Assembly (NCBI GenBank): GCA_030041355.1
Contig: JASHNZ010000011.1
Coordinates: 97,165 to 161,164, forward strand
From: Nitrososphaerales archaeon
GTDB taxonomy: Archaea; Thermoproteota; Nitrososphaeria; Nitrososphaerales; CADDZS01
Length of the DNA stretch: 64,000 nucleotides
Reading direction: 5' to 3'
In this document: positions 10,035 to 19,782 of the stretch, one piece after another
How the letters are laid out: each line of letters opens with the position of its first letter
Position numbering within the stretch: position 1 is the stretch's first letter
The notes under the pieces: model-generated
What the model saw: the letters and a program-made list of their open reading frames with translations, nothing else
What the model was told of the DNA's origin: nothing
Databases searched by the model: none
Translations under genes and position numbers: made by a program

Positions 10035-11282
10035 TCAATTCATAATCTTTGAAATTTTATCAAGACCTAGCCCGATGTTTTCAAGCGAGTTTGCGTAAGC
10101 GATCCGCAGGTGATTTTCACCTAGCGACCCAAAGGCTGACCCTGGCACTGTCGCAACGTGAGCTTGGTCAAGAATCTTCATCGCCAGATCAAATGAGTTC
10201 AGTCCCGTTCTGCTTATGTCGGGAAAGGCATAGAACGCCCCTGTTGGCATAGGACAGCTAAATCCTTGAATTTCATTCAGCCTGCTCACCGTCAGGTCCC
10301 TCCGTTTTCTGTATGTCTCGATCATTTGTTTTATCGAATCTTGGGGTCCATTTAATGCTTCCAAGGCTGCAAACTGGGAAATAGTTGAAATGCAGGAATT
10401 TGCCGCAGTAAGGATTTTGATCAACGCTTGGACAATTTGCTCGTTCGCTGCCACGTAGCCAATTCGCCACCCGGTCATCGCATAAGTCTTGGAGAATGAA
10501 TTTATCGTCAATGTTCGATCCTTCATCTCCGGAAGATTGGCTATGCTTGTATGACGAAGGTCTGAGTTCCGAGAGTCGGCATAAAGAAATTTTTCGTAAA
10601 CCTCGTCAGATAGAACCATCAAATTATGATCTTGCGCAAATTCTGCTATTTCTTGCAAATTCTCTTTTGAGCAAACAGTGCCCATTGGATTACTTGGGGT
10701 GTTGATGAGAATGGCCTTCGTTCTTTTTGTCACGAGAGTCTCTGCGATCTCCCTTCGAAATGAATAACCGGAAGCAGGATCAAGGTTGTAAAGCACCGGC
10801 CTTGCTCCCACTAATGTGACAGCATAGACATAGGTTGCCCAGCCGGGGTTCGGAACCAGAACTTCATCGCCCTCATCCACTGTTGCAAGCAATGAAAGAT
10901 TAATGCCCGAAGTGGCGCCGGCCGACACAATAATCTCTTTAGCTGGATCATAAAAGATCCTATTCTCTTGTTCTAGCTTTTTGGAAATCGCATTCCGAAG
11001 CTCTGGCATTCCCGCTGAAGAAGTATATTTTGTCTTGCCAGCTAAAATCGCGCGAATAGCAGCGTCCTTAATATTCTGTGGCGTATCAAAGTCCGGTTCT
11101 CCGAATTCTAGCCTTATGACGTCAGGTATTCTTTGAGCATTTTCGAAGATGAGTCGGATCCCAGAGACTCCTAGCTTTTCAGATCTTTTTGAGGCCAGCC
11201 CTGACGTTTTGATTTCGGAAACTGTCATTAGTCGCGAATTCTCTTTTTGTCTAGAGTTGGTTTGGGTTATAAGACATATCAT
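10035..11282 (-). CDS. Class I/II pyridoxal-phosphate aminotransferase (aspartate aminotransferase-like)
   Basis: Carries the AAT-family PLP lysine motif (SFSKTYAMTGWRIGY) and NPxGT (NTPSNPMGT). The start may instead be the internal Met (MTVSEIK). Confidence 0.8.
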   Translation of the reverse strand: MICLITQTNSRQKENSRLMTVSEIKTSGLASKRSEKLGVSGIRLIFENAQRIPDVIRLEFGEPDFDTPQNIKDAAIRAILAGKTKYTSSAGMPELRNAISKKLEQENRIFYDPAKEIIVSAGATSGINLSLLATVDEGDEVLVPNPGWATYVYAVTLVGARPVLYNLDPASGYSFRREIAETLVTKRTKAILINTPSNPMGTVCSKENLQEIAEFAQDHNLMVLSDEVYEKFLYADSRNSDLRHTSIANLPEMKDRTLTINSFSKTYAMTGWRIGYVAANEQIVQALIKILTAANSCISTISQFAALEALNGPQDSIKQMIETYRKRRDLTVSRLNEIQGFSCPMPTGAFYAFPDISRTGLNSFDLAMKILDQAHVATVPGSAFGSLGENHLRIAYANSLENIGLGLDKISKIMN

Positions 11283-11449
11283 CGGTTGGTGAAATCCTTC
11301 ATTGTACTCATCAGCTCGATAACTAGCTCTCTTTTTCCTTCGACCGACCTTATGATAATTGGCTGACCATCTTCGATCTTCATTGAATCACGAATCAGTT
11401 TCGGTATAGTGAGCCGACCCTGCGTCGATACGTGGATTCTCTTTTCCAT
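11279..11449 (-). CDS. Small AbrB/SpoVT (swapped-hairpin) DNA-binding protein, 56 aa, not in ORF track
   Basis: My own translation of the minus strand gives MEKRIHVSTQGRLTIPKLIRDSMKIEDGQPIIIRSVEGKRELVIELMSTMKDFTNR*. The GRLTIP...IR core is typical of the AbrB/MazE fold. Its stop overlaps the aminotransferase ATG (ATGA). Confidence 0.5.
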   Translation of the reverse strand: MEKRIHVSTQGRLTIPKLIRDSMKIEDGQPIIIRSVEGKRELVIELMSTMKDFTNR

Positions 11450-11787
11450 AGAAGTTCATCGTTTTCTGAAAACAAATCCGAAATAATTGTTTTGGATTGG
11501 CTGTTGCGGAAGTTCCTATGGATTTGAAAGGCGGATTCGTGCTCGGCACTTGTTAAATATCCAGTCGCGAATTGGGAGAGCAAGGCCGAGCGATTGCCGC
11601 AGCAACAAAAGAAGGCAAATCCAGCCAAGAAGGATGCAGTTAACAACGAGCTGTACGAGCTTGGCATCTACGTCCAAGACTATGAGCTTTTCATTTCAAA
11701 GCAAATAGGCGACATACTGCCCGTCATCAAAACACTTCCTAGATGGTCTTGGCTGAAGAACGAGTCAGAGACTGTCTCTATTGCTTC

Positions 11788-12960
11788 CTAGAGCGGAAGA
11801 AGTTTTCCAGATTCCAGGACTTTTACGCCGTCAAGTGTTAGATTCGCATTCGAAAGGGTAGCTATGAACTGATAATCGGTCTTGTTTCTGTCTCCTTCTC
11901 CTAGCGAACCTATTCCTATGGTGAGTGCTCCTTCTACATGGAAATCTTGATTGAATCCATAATCCAACTTTGGATTTAGTCCAATTGAGAAGACGCCAAC
12001 TTTGTTCTTGTCACCACTTGCTTTTTCGTAATCCGCTTTGAAAATATCCAAGTTTTTCTTTGCGTCGTAATGGATAAGTTTCCCTTTCTTAAACGTCCAA
12101 CTCAATCCTTCAATTCTCTTGTTACCAGAGAAAACAGGGCAATCGAACACCACAGTGCCCTCGACAGACCTTGCTTTTGGTACAACGTCGATCTCGCTTC
12201 CTGGGATACTCATTACACAGGAGAAAATATTGTACGAAATGGGGTTTGCCATTATACCGCTGTACAAATGCGGTTTAAGACTGCTTAGATCCATGCTGAG
12301 GTTTGTTCCATTTGGAGCGCTAATCTTCATACTGTTTGCGTGTTTGAACATGAACTTGAGCTTCTTTCCAGTCTTCTGGATTTTCTGATAATCTACATCT
12401 ATGGCATCTAGCGTGTTTTCGCGCCACTTGTTCAGATCGAAACCCATCATATCTGCTCTACTCGGAGTTACATAGGCGGTTCTTATTCTAATGCCCCGGA
12501 CGCCCGCCTTGCTCGCTCTTTTATACCACTGCATATTGTAGGCCTGTGCTTCTTTTCTTTTTTTGGCATCGAGCTTAGACTGTCTTTCCGCGTCAGCGGG
12601 TCCAGGAAAGAAGACATAGGCATCCGAATTCTCGAGAAGACTCCACTCGTGTTTTCCTACTTGTCCGAGAATTTCTTCGTATCCCCCTTCTGCCAATCTG
12701 AAATAACTGTCATCGTCTTCGATGTGAAGAAGAACATTGGCTCCAAGCTTGCGGGCTTGAAGTTTGATTTCTTTGGCAAACGGAAGTTCGTGCTCCCAGG
12801 CTTCAATCGTCAGGTTTTCTCCCGGCTTCAGATTAAGGACATCATTTACTATCCGCTTCGCGTATTTCGAATAGCTCGCTTGATCTTGAAAATCAGAGAA
12901 CGGTCGTTTTCCACTTAGTCCTTGAGATACGGTTTCTTGGTTCGAAGATGAGGTTGACAT
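11788..12960 (-). CDS. Aminopeptidase, M29 (AmpS/aminopeptidase T) family
   Basis: 390 aa. The N-terminal (LNLKPGENLTIEA...) and C-terminal (GALTIGIGS) blocks resemble thermophilic aminopeptidase T. Confidence 0.65.
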   Translation of the reverse strand: MSTSSSNQETVSQGLSGKRPFSDFQDQASYSKYAKRIVNDVLNLKPGENLTIEAWEHELPFAKEIKLQARKLGANVLLHIEDDDSYFRLAEGGYEEILGQVGKHEWSLLENSDAYVFFPGPADAERQSKLDAKKRKEAQAYNMQWYKRASKAGVRGIRIRTAYVTPSRADMMGFDLNKWRENTLDAIDVDYQKIQKTGKKLKFMFKHANSMKISAPNGTNLSMDLSSLKPHLYSGIMANPISYNIFSCVMSIPGSEIDVVPKARSVEGTVVFDCPVFSGNKRIEGLSWTFKKGKLIHYDAKKNLDIFKADYEKASGDKNKVGVFSIGLNPKLDYGFNQDFHVEGALTIGIGSLGEGDRNKTDYQFIATLSNANLTLDGVKVLESGKLLPL

Positions 12961-13154
12961 GGTCTGTACCTAACATGAGTTGAAGATTAATGTTTTCGTC
13001 AGCCTATGTCATTACCTGCTTCGTCCGCAATGCGCGCTGGTAGCCGAGAGGTCTCGCAATCAGAAGTCGTGCGCGAAAGCCGGGATTCGGATGCGCAGTC
13101 CACAAGTAATTAGAAAGTTGCGCGTTGAGAATGTAGTCGGAAGGCAGACATGAT

Positions 13155-13514
13155 TTGACCACTTTCGCCTTTGATTCTGCTCTGGAAGCTGTGTCTGCTG
13201 TTTTCCTATTGGCAGCCTTGCTGTATGGCTACCGCCTGTCGCGACTAACTAAGGGCGCTGAAATCGTGGCTCTTGCCAAGCCCAAGACCTTCTTTGTTTC
13301 TATACTCGTTTCGTTTGCTTCCCTTTTTCTTATGGAATTTCTGCTTCTCCTTAACAATTTGTTCTTCTCGATCCCGTATGTCGCGGAGTTGGCTCGGCTT
13401 CTCATCATTGTCACAGGTTTTTCTGGAGTCTTCGGATTATACACGGCTGTGTACTACTATAGAACCTCGCCACGAAAGGTTTCAGCAAATCTTGCACGGA
13501 AGGAACTAAGCTGA
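13155..13514 (+). CDS. Hypothetical membrane protein (3-4 TM helices)
   Basis: Hydrophobic segments; no recognisable family. Confidence 0.35.
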   Translation: MTTFAFDSALEAVSAVFLLAALLYGYRLSRLTKGAEIVALAKPKTFFVSILVSFASLFLMEFLLLLNNLFFSIPYVAELARLLIIVTGFSGVFGLYTAVYYYRTSPRKVSANLARKELS

Positions 13515-13520
13515 TTTCAA

Positions 13521-14009
13521 TTGATTGGATTTGTCGCGTTCGGTGAGCTTGACTTTGCTTGGGGTCAAACTGCTCGATCTTTGAAAGTCCTAGTCCGAGG
13601 TCAAAACACCAAATCTGTGCAGGTACGCAGGGCCCTCGATATATCTTCTCAAGCTGCATCTCGAGAAGCGTCCCCTGAAATAGAAATTAGGTTGAATGAT
13701 CTTGTAGGAGAAGCAGTTTCTCAAGGTCTGTCACATTTCGGTGGAGACGATGTTGTCGAATCCTTGATCTACATTCTCGAACTCGAGCACTCGGTGAATC
13801 TAAGGAACATTGTAAACCAAGTGGAAGAATTTCGCAAGGGGCTAACGAAGATGTTTGGAGACGCGGCATATGTCGTAGAAGGACATGTGTGCAGTAACCT
13901 CGCAAGGACCATGGGTTTAGACCCGGAAGGGAGAACTCTGGAGGAACTTATAGAAACTGCGCGAAGCTTCGTTAATGAAAGCTACGAGCAGAATTCAAAA
14001 ACGCTCTGA
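13521..14009 (+). CDS. Hypothetical protein
   Basis: ORF of 162 aa, co-directional with its neighbours; no recognisable motif. Confidence 0.35.
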   Translation: MIGFVAFGELDFAWGQTARSLKVLVRGQNTKSVQVRRALDISSQAASREASPEIEIRLNDLVGEAVSQGLSHFGGDDVVESLIYILELEHSVNLRNIVNQVEEFRKGLTKMFGDAAYVVEGHVCSNLARTMGLDPEGRTLEELIETARSFVNESYEQNSKTL

Positions 14010-14081
14010 TCAAACAAAGAAGATCTAATAAATTCAAAATGGATCTCAATCTCATCGCCACGTATATATTGAGAGCCCACT

Positions 14082-14363
14082 GTGTCTCGTCTCAAATCTT
14101 TGATAGACATTTCTTTCTCCAGACAGGATTCTACCAGGGCTTCCGTTTATCTCGATGGGCCTGACGCGCGAGTCTTCAAAGCACTCAGGTCTAAGTTGGG
14201 GTCGGATCAAGCGGTTCAAAATGCCATGATCTTGGAGGGGTTGTTACGCAAGCTACAGGGCTCGGCAAACGTGCGGAAGCTTGAAGAAATTAAGACAAGC
14301 TTTGCGGACATAGTGGGAGTGTCCTATTCCCACTTTCAAAAGATCGTCTATTCGATTTCCTGA
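14082..14363 (+). CDS. Hypothetical small protein
   Basis: 93 aa ORF; no motif. Confidence 0.3.
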   Translation: MSRLKSLIDISFSRQDSTRASVYLDGPDARVFKALRSKLGSDQAVQNAMILEGLLRKLQGSANVRKLEEIKTSFADIVGVSYSHFQKIVYSIS

Positions 14364-14648
14364 GAGACTGCTGCTTCACTTTCACCAGGGGACTCTCGCA
14401 GTAGCAAATCCCTTGAAGCCTTGGTCTGATTAAGCCGCTCTCGAAGCACGCTCGTCAACAACATGGTAAAACTGCCTGCTATGATCAAACTCAAGGCAAG
14501 ATACATGCCAACGCTTGACAACAAAACTACTGAGGCGACGGCCGAAATGAAGAGCAGGATCGAGATCGCAAGCAGAATGTAAGTTAGTCTTCGGAGGCTT
14601 TGAGCCATTCCCAAATCGAAACTAGCTTAAAGGGAGTGCTCAAAAGGG

Positions 14649-15119
14649 TTGCTGAAGGCCGATTCTCGCACCCGCGTCGGAGTCCGCAAAAGTTGGCCCA
14701 CGTCTCTGGCAAACGATTGCTTCTCGAAGGATGAAAATAGCTTCTCGCTTCGCGATATCGAGAATTATAGAGCGAAAGCTCTTTCGAAGTTGACTCCGCC
14801 TAAGAAATTTGGTCTCATTGCCTCGGTCTCCCACAAAGACACTCCAATGCAAGAACCAGATGATAAACGTCAAAGCGAGCCTGTAGTCGAAACTGCAAGC
14901 GCTCCTGATCTTTTCGAGCAGCTGGAACACCGAACAAGACAGCAAATCAAAATCGTCGGTAGAACGGTGTTCTGTTTTAGGTGCGACGGCTCCAAAGAGA
15001 TTGCTAGCTTTTACTGTGCTTGCGGATCCTTCCTCTGCACATTGCACCTTACCGAACACAGCTGCTTAGTTTCAGCAAGCATGCAATACAACGAAGAATT
15101 GCTTGCGGCGCTAACTTAG
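14649..15119 (+). CDS. Hypothetical protein with C-terminal AN1-like zinc finger
   Basis: C-terminus reads CFRCDGSKEIASFYCACGSFLCTLHLTEHSC, i.e. C-x2-C-x10-C-x-C-x4-C-x2-H-x4-H-x-C. I chose it over the overlapping minus-strand ORF 14640..15059 because of this Cys/His pattern. Confidence 0.4.
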   Translation: MLKADSRTRVGVRKSWPTSLANDCFSKDENSFSLRDIENYRAKALSKLTPPKKFGLIASVSHKDTPMQEPDDKRQSEPVVETASAPDLFEQLEHRTRQQIKIVGRTVFCFRCDGSKEIASFYCACGSFLCTLHLTEHSCLVSASMQYNEELLAALT

Positions 15120-15120
15120 T

Positions 15121-16542
15121 CTAAAACAGTCTGAAAAGGCAAATTAGCTCTTTGATCGCCTGCGTATAGTGTTGTACGAGAATGTGTTCATTCGGCGCAT
15201 GAAAACCTGAGCCAGGATATGAAACTCCCAATCCCATCCCGGTTTGGAGTTTCAATTTATCAGTGAATAAGCTAAGCGGACCGGTTCCTGGACTGGTAGG
15301 CCACACGTTGGGGCGGCTACCCGTCACAATCTCAGTGCAGCGTATGATTGTTTGGGCAATCTCACTTTCTACAGGCGTCTTGGCAGGATCCTCCATGGAA
15401 TATTGGATCAGTTCAACATCCGTAAATCCATACTTTCGAAGATGTCTTTTGATCTTGGCAAGTACGTCTTTTGCCTTCATGTTCGCCACGAGCCGGAAAT
15501 CCATCTTAACGAAAGCCTCTCGAGGAACTATCGTCTTCGAACCCGCTCCCAAATATCCTGAGCCAAAGCCCGCGATGTTTGCCGTGGGATTATAGTACAG
15601 ATTAGTAACCGTCTCGAGACAGGTCTTTCCTTCAATGAGATAATCGAGACCTAAGGATTCCTTGAGCTCTTTCAAGTTGTATTCGTTGTTTCGAAGGAAG
15701 CTCCTTTCCTGGGGAGAGGGTTTAACGGCGTCATCGTAGAATCCGTCTATCAGGATCTTGCCTTTTTCATCTCGAATCGTTTCTAGCAGATTAACCATCC
15801 TCCAAGCAGGATTTGGAGCGATCGGTCCGTACATTGAGTGCTGGTCTTTACTTCCGACCTTTAGATTGAATTCAACATAAACGAGACCCTTGGTGCCTAG
15901 GTGAACTTCTGGCGTTCCCTTTGTGGAACGATCGCCCCCTTCCCATAAGCAACCATCTCCCTTCAAGAGTGACTTGTTTTTCAAGACGAAGTCGTGGAAA
16001 TGGGCACTTCCGGTCTCCTCTTCGCCTTCGACAACCCATTTAATATTCGGCTTGACCGAGCTTTCGTTGTCAACAAGGCTTTGGATGGCGCATAGTCTCG
16101 CAGCAAGCTCTCCCTTGTCATCTCCTGATCCTCTACCAAAGATTTTTCCATCCAGGATTTCGGGTTTGAAAGGGTCAGTTTTCCATTCCTCAAGAGGTTC
16201 TACTGGCTGCACATCATAGTGGTTGTAAATAACCAGTGTTCTTGCTCCCTTCCTGTCGGAGGGTAACTCGCCATAGACTACATCAGGTGCCTCGGGGACA
16301 CTAATCAATCTCGTTTTAAGCCCGAGCTTCTCCATTTTGCTCCTCACCAGCTCCGCGCATTCCTTCAAACCAACATTCTGCGCAGAGATGCTCGGCTGGC
16401 TTACCAAAGCAGTCAATTCATCAACGAATTCTGTCTCACTCTGGTCAACATAGTTCCACAGTTTTGGAAAATCGACCCCCGCTTCCTCAGCAAGCTTCGC
16501 ATCGGTAAGCGCGGTCTTGCTCGTCTCCATCAACACCTTCAT
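15121..16542 (-). CDS. Peptidase M20 family (dipeptidase / ArgE-DapE-like)
   Basis: 473 aa. Carries the M20 metal-binding blocks (HYDVQP, GRGSGDDKG, EGEEETGS). Confidence 0.75.
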   Translation of the reverse strand: MKVLMETSKTALTDAKLAEEAGVDFPKLWNYVDQSETEFVDELTALVSQPSISAQNVGLKECAELVRSKMEKLGLKTRLISVPEAPDVVYGELPSDRKGARTLVIYNHYDVQPVEPLEEWKTDPFKPEILDGKIFGRGSGDDKGELAARLCAIQSLVDNESSVKPNIKWVVEGEEETGSAHFHDFVLKNKSLLKGDGCLWEGGDRSTKGTPEVHLGTKGLVYVEFNLKVGSKDQHSMYGPIAPNPAWRMVNLLETIRDEKGKILIDGFYDDAVKPSPQERSFLRNNEYNLKELKESLGLDYLIEGKTCLETVTNLYYNPTANIAGFGSGYLGAGSKTIVPREAFVKMDFRLVANMKAKDVLAKIKRHLRKYGFTDVELIQYSMEDPAKTPVESEIAQTIIRCTEIVTGSRPNVWPTSPGTGPLSLFTDKLKLQTGMGLGVSYPGSGFHAPNEHILVQHYTQAIKELICLFRLF

Positions 16543-16708
16543 TCAAACGAAGGGAGATCGTGGCTTAAAAGTGAGCCGGACGAATTTTGTGGCCCAAGAA
16601 ACAATAGTCTGGCAGTTGATTTTTTCGAAAAACCACATCCCAGAGTTTCTTCGACTTTCTCTTGAATACGTTCTAGTTCTCCAATAGATTCGATATTGAC
16701 TATCTTGT

Positions 16709-17965
16709 TCATATCTGGTCTCGCGTTTTGGAGCACACATCATTTGCGACCAAAGTGTACACTTTCGCACAGTTAACCAGGTTTGGAATATACATGGTGC
16801 TTCTCGTTTCCTTTCCGGGTCCTCCCGAGGGTCCATAATTGACTGCCTTTACTCCTTGGCGTGTGAGAATATTGGCGTCAGACGACCAGGAAAAATAAAC
16901 CGTTTCTACGGAGGTTCCAAAAACTGTTGTGTGGGCCTCATTTATCGACTTGCAGATGTATTCGCTAGAATCGAGCTCAGACCATTGGTCCGTAACGTAG
17001 AGGTCTAAATCTGCGACAACGCCCGATTCTTGGCGCACTTTATCCAGCACAACGCCGATTTCCTGCTTTATGTCAAGGACATGATATCTCGGAGGAAATC
17101 GCACATCGACGTAGAGGTTGCAAAACGCAGGGGTTCTCGAAGCACGCCAAGGCCATCCGCCTTCTATGGAACCGATGTTGACCGTAGGCTTGGCGCCCAT
17201 AAACGAATACCGTTCCTGATAATTTGGGATCCAAGCTTCGAGAGCAGAGACAACCCTATTCATCTGCAAAATCACATTCTTTACCCCGACCGAACGCCCG
17301 GTGTGAACAAGTACGCCTTTCAGACCAATTCTGAACCAGCAACTTCCTCCATGAGCTCGCATCAGGCGCAGGCCAGTAGGCTCACCCAAGATAGCAACAT
17401 CCGCAGTTCCACCGTGAGAGACAAGATATGCGGTGCCGTGTCCATATCCTCTGAACTGAGGTCCTCTGTATTGGTCGATCTGAGTTTTTTCGATTTCTCC
17501 TACAACACCTGCAATCACGACATCTCCGCTTAGCTTTACATTTGAGTCTTGGAGTGTCCTGACTGCGCACGCATACGCGGCGAGAGCTGATTTCATATTA
17601 AAGGCCCCAGAGCCATAGAGCCAGTCTCCCTCTATTCGCCCCCAGGGAGGTTGTGACTGATAAAATGGCGAAATTGCCTTCAAAATTTGCGGGTCTTCAC
17701 TGGCAGCAAAAGAAGTGTCTAGGTGTCCGTTGAACATTAGAGTGGCCCCGTCTGCCATCTCACCCCTAAGTGTTGCAAGCACATTGAACCTCGCTTGCTC
17801 TACCTCTTGAAGCACGACCTTCATTCCTAGAGCTCTTAGCTTTGAAGCGTAGGCTTCGCCCACTTCAGCCTCCTTACCGGTCGGGCTGTCAATATTCACA
17901 AGATCGAGAGCGTCTTGAATCAGTTTTCTCGAATCGACTGGCCTGATGCCTGAATCAGCTGACAA
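16709..17965 (-). CDS. Peptidase M20 family (acetylornithine deacetylase / succinyl-diaminopimelate desuccinylase-like)
   Basis: 418 aa. Carries M20 blocks (GHLDT, EGDWLYGSGAFNMK, GEIEKT). Confidence 0.75.
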   Translation of the reverse strand: MSADSGIRPVDSRKLIQDALDLVNIDSPTGKEAEVGEAYASKLRALGMKVVLQEVEQARFNVLATLRGEMADGATLMFNGHLDTSFAASEDPQILKAISPFYQSQPPWGRIEGDWLYGSGAFNMKSALAAYACAVRTLQDSNVKLSGDVVIAGVVGEIEKTQIDQYRGPQFRGYGHGTAYLVSHGGTADVAILGEPTGLRLMRAHGGSCWFRIGLKGVLVHTGRSVGVKNVILQMNRVVSALEAWIPNYQERYSFMGAKPTVNIGSIEGGWPWRASRTPAFCNLYVDVRFPPRYHVLDIKQEIGVVLDKVRQESGVVADLDLYVTDQWSELDSSEYICKSINEAHTTVFGTSVETVYFSWSSDANILTRQGVKAVNYGPSGGPGKETRSTMYIPNLVNCAKVYTLVANDVCSKTRDQI

Positions 17966-17996
17966 TTAGAGTAACCAATTTTTCTTCTAAACTATT

Positions 17997-18806
17997 TCAG
18001 CCTTTGATCGCGATAGGGCGAACTAATGATCCGGTTGATCCTTTGATTTTCAGGGGAGTTATTATCAGTGTTGAAACGTACACGCGATCCTTTGCGAGTT
18101 CTTCCAAATTCATGCTCTTGACCATATAGATCCCATTGTCAACGAGGAAGACTTGATGGAGCTCAAAGGGCTTGGGGACCCCGAATGCGAGGTTGTCGGA
18201 ACAAGCGACCGAAATTTTTTTGGACGCCAAGTGCCTTGCTCCTTGAGCATTCATTCCCGCGAAATCACGCAGATACTTTTGTGGATCGGTCGACATGAAC
18301 CGCGAGTATCCAGTTCGAACCAAAGCTGCGTCGCCTGCATTTAGTTTCACTCCCTGTCTTTCAAGCGTTCCTTCGATGTCTTCAGGAGTAATTTCATATC
18401 TGGACGGAAGTATTTCGACATTCTTGTAAGAAGGGAAATCAAGTAGAACGGCTCTTTTCACAATGATGGGAACCTCATCCACTCCGTATTTTGTATAGCC
18501 CTTATGCGTCTCGAATTCTGCTGGGTTAACGCCTCCAAAGATTTTGCCATTTCTTGACATGTGACATAAAGCGTCAAGATGAGTTCCGGAATGCATACTT
18601 GTGGAAATGAGGTCGATTGAATCCGCAAACCCAAGACCAGGTGCGACTGTTTCAAAAATCTTCTTGGTCTGTTCGTGGTACCTATAGAGGTAGATCAGGA
18701 AAGGAGGATCCTCGGGATGCACCGGCATACCCCACCAATACGGCTGACCCAGATCGTAGACTTTGGATTGTGACAGGGTCTGTACAAATTCTTCGCTGGA
18801 GCTCAT
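17997..18806 (-). CDS. Cyclase-family protein (kynurenine formamidase-like)
   Basis: 269 aa. The HxGTHxD-type motif (HSGTHLDALCH) is typical of the putative cyclase / arylformamidase family. Confidence 0.7.
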   Translation of the reverse strand: MSSSEEFVQTLSQSKVYDLGQPYWWGMPVHPEDPPFLIYLYRYHEQTKKIFETVAPGLGFADSIDLISTSMHSGTHLDALCHMSRNGKIFGGVNPAEFETHKGYTKYGVDEVPIIVKRAVLLDFPSYKNVEILPSRYEITPEDIEGTLERQGVKLNAGDAALVRTGYSRFMSTDPQKYLRDFAGMNAQGARHLASKKISVACSDNLAFGVPKPFELHQVFLVDNGIYMVKSMNLEELAKDRVYVSTLIITPLKIKGSTGSLVRPIAIKG

Positions 18807-19128
18807 TTAATCAACAAACACTTTCAAAATGCAACTTTCACTCAACCCTAAAATGTTTCTTGGTGTCTACTTTTTCTCTAATGAGTCCGGATCCTTCTGG
18901 GAGGGCCGGAAATCAGAGAGTTGCTGTAGAACGCCAGTTATGGTATTGGTTTAGAGCATAGCCCTAAGCATCGCACCACTTCCTCATGCATAGCGTGCTT
19001 AGGTTCGACAATAAACAGCGCATCCTTTGGGGCCGATAAGGCTGGCCTGACAATTCTACTCTATGGTTATATGTGACCAGATCTTCTGAGAAATCTGAAA
19101 AATTCGAAAAAAGAGTGCCATTCCCCCC

Positions 19129-19773
19129 GTGCCAGTATCAGAACATCAAAAGCTTCCGAGGCTGGGAAGCGAGGTACGATTTGGTGATGGCATAACCGCT
19201 GGCAGAATCAGAGCCCTGCATCACGATGGCTTTGTAGTTATCCGAGGAAAAAAGCGCGTGCGCAAGCTCGTTTTCCCCTATACTTCGATCGCAGTGGTCG
19301 GAAATAGGATTGTCACGCTAAGAGACAGCAAGGCAGACATTCTGGAAAAGTCTTTGCAAAACATGTCTCAGGAAAAAGAAGGAACTTCAAAGAAGCAGTT
19401 CATTCGAGAGATAGACGATCACCTGGCTTTTGATAATCTCGATCGCGCCGAGCGAGTTGCGAGGATCACGCTGTACCTTATTTCAAAAAGACTCTCGGCA
19501 AGCGCGAAGAAGCAACTGAAGAGGAACCTGCCTTCAGGCATCCGCAGTCTTTGGGCTACCGTGGAACAGCCAGGCATGGGCCAGTACTTCAATATGTCAG
19601 ATTTTCTCGTTCCGATCAAGAAGCAAGGCCGACTCCAAACTATGGAGGAGGCCTTTGTTGCAGCAAGGGAGGTTTTCTCTGCCCTAAAACGAATTATGTC
19701 CACTGTTGAGGCGATGGAGATATCTAGGTCCCTTCCTCGAGGCATTCAGGAAATCTGGGAAAGCGCCGCTTAA
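19129..19773 (+). CDS. Hypothetical protein (possible N-terminal PRC-barrel-like domain); GTG start
   Basis: 214 aa; N-terminal beta-rich segment, C-terminal helical; no family assigned. Confidence 0.35.
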   Translation: MPVSEHQKLPRLGSEVRFGDGITAGRIRALHHDGFVVIRGKKRVRKLVFPYTSIAVVGNRIVTLRDSKADILEKSLQNMSQEKEGTSKKQFIREIDDHLAFDNLDRAERVARITLYLISKRLSASAKKQLKRNLPSGIRSLWATVEQPGMGQYFNMSDFLVPIKKQGRLQTMEEAFVAAREVFSALKRIMSTVEAMEISRSLPRGIQEIWESAA

Positions 19774-19782
19774 CCTGTTGAT

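Noticed and set aside
14640-15059. 139-aa minus-strand ORF overlapping 14649..15119
   Set aside because: The plus-strand frame carries an ordered Cys/His zinc-finger pattern and the minus frame has no motif, so only one is likely real.
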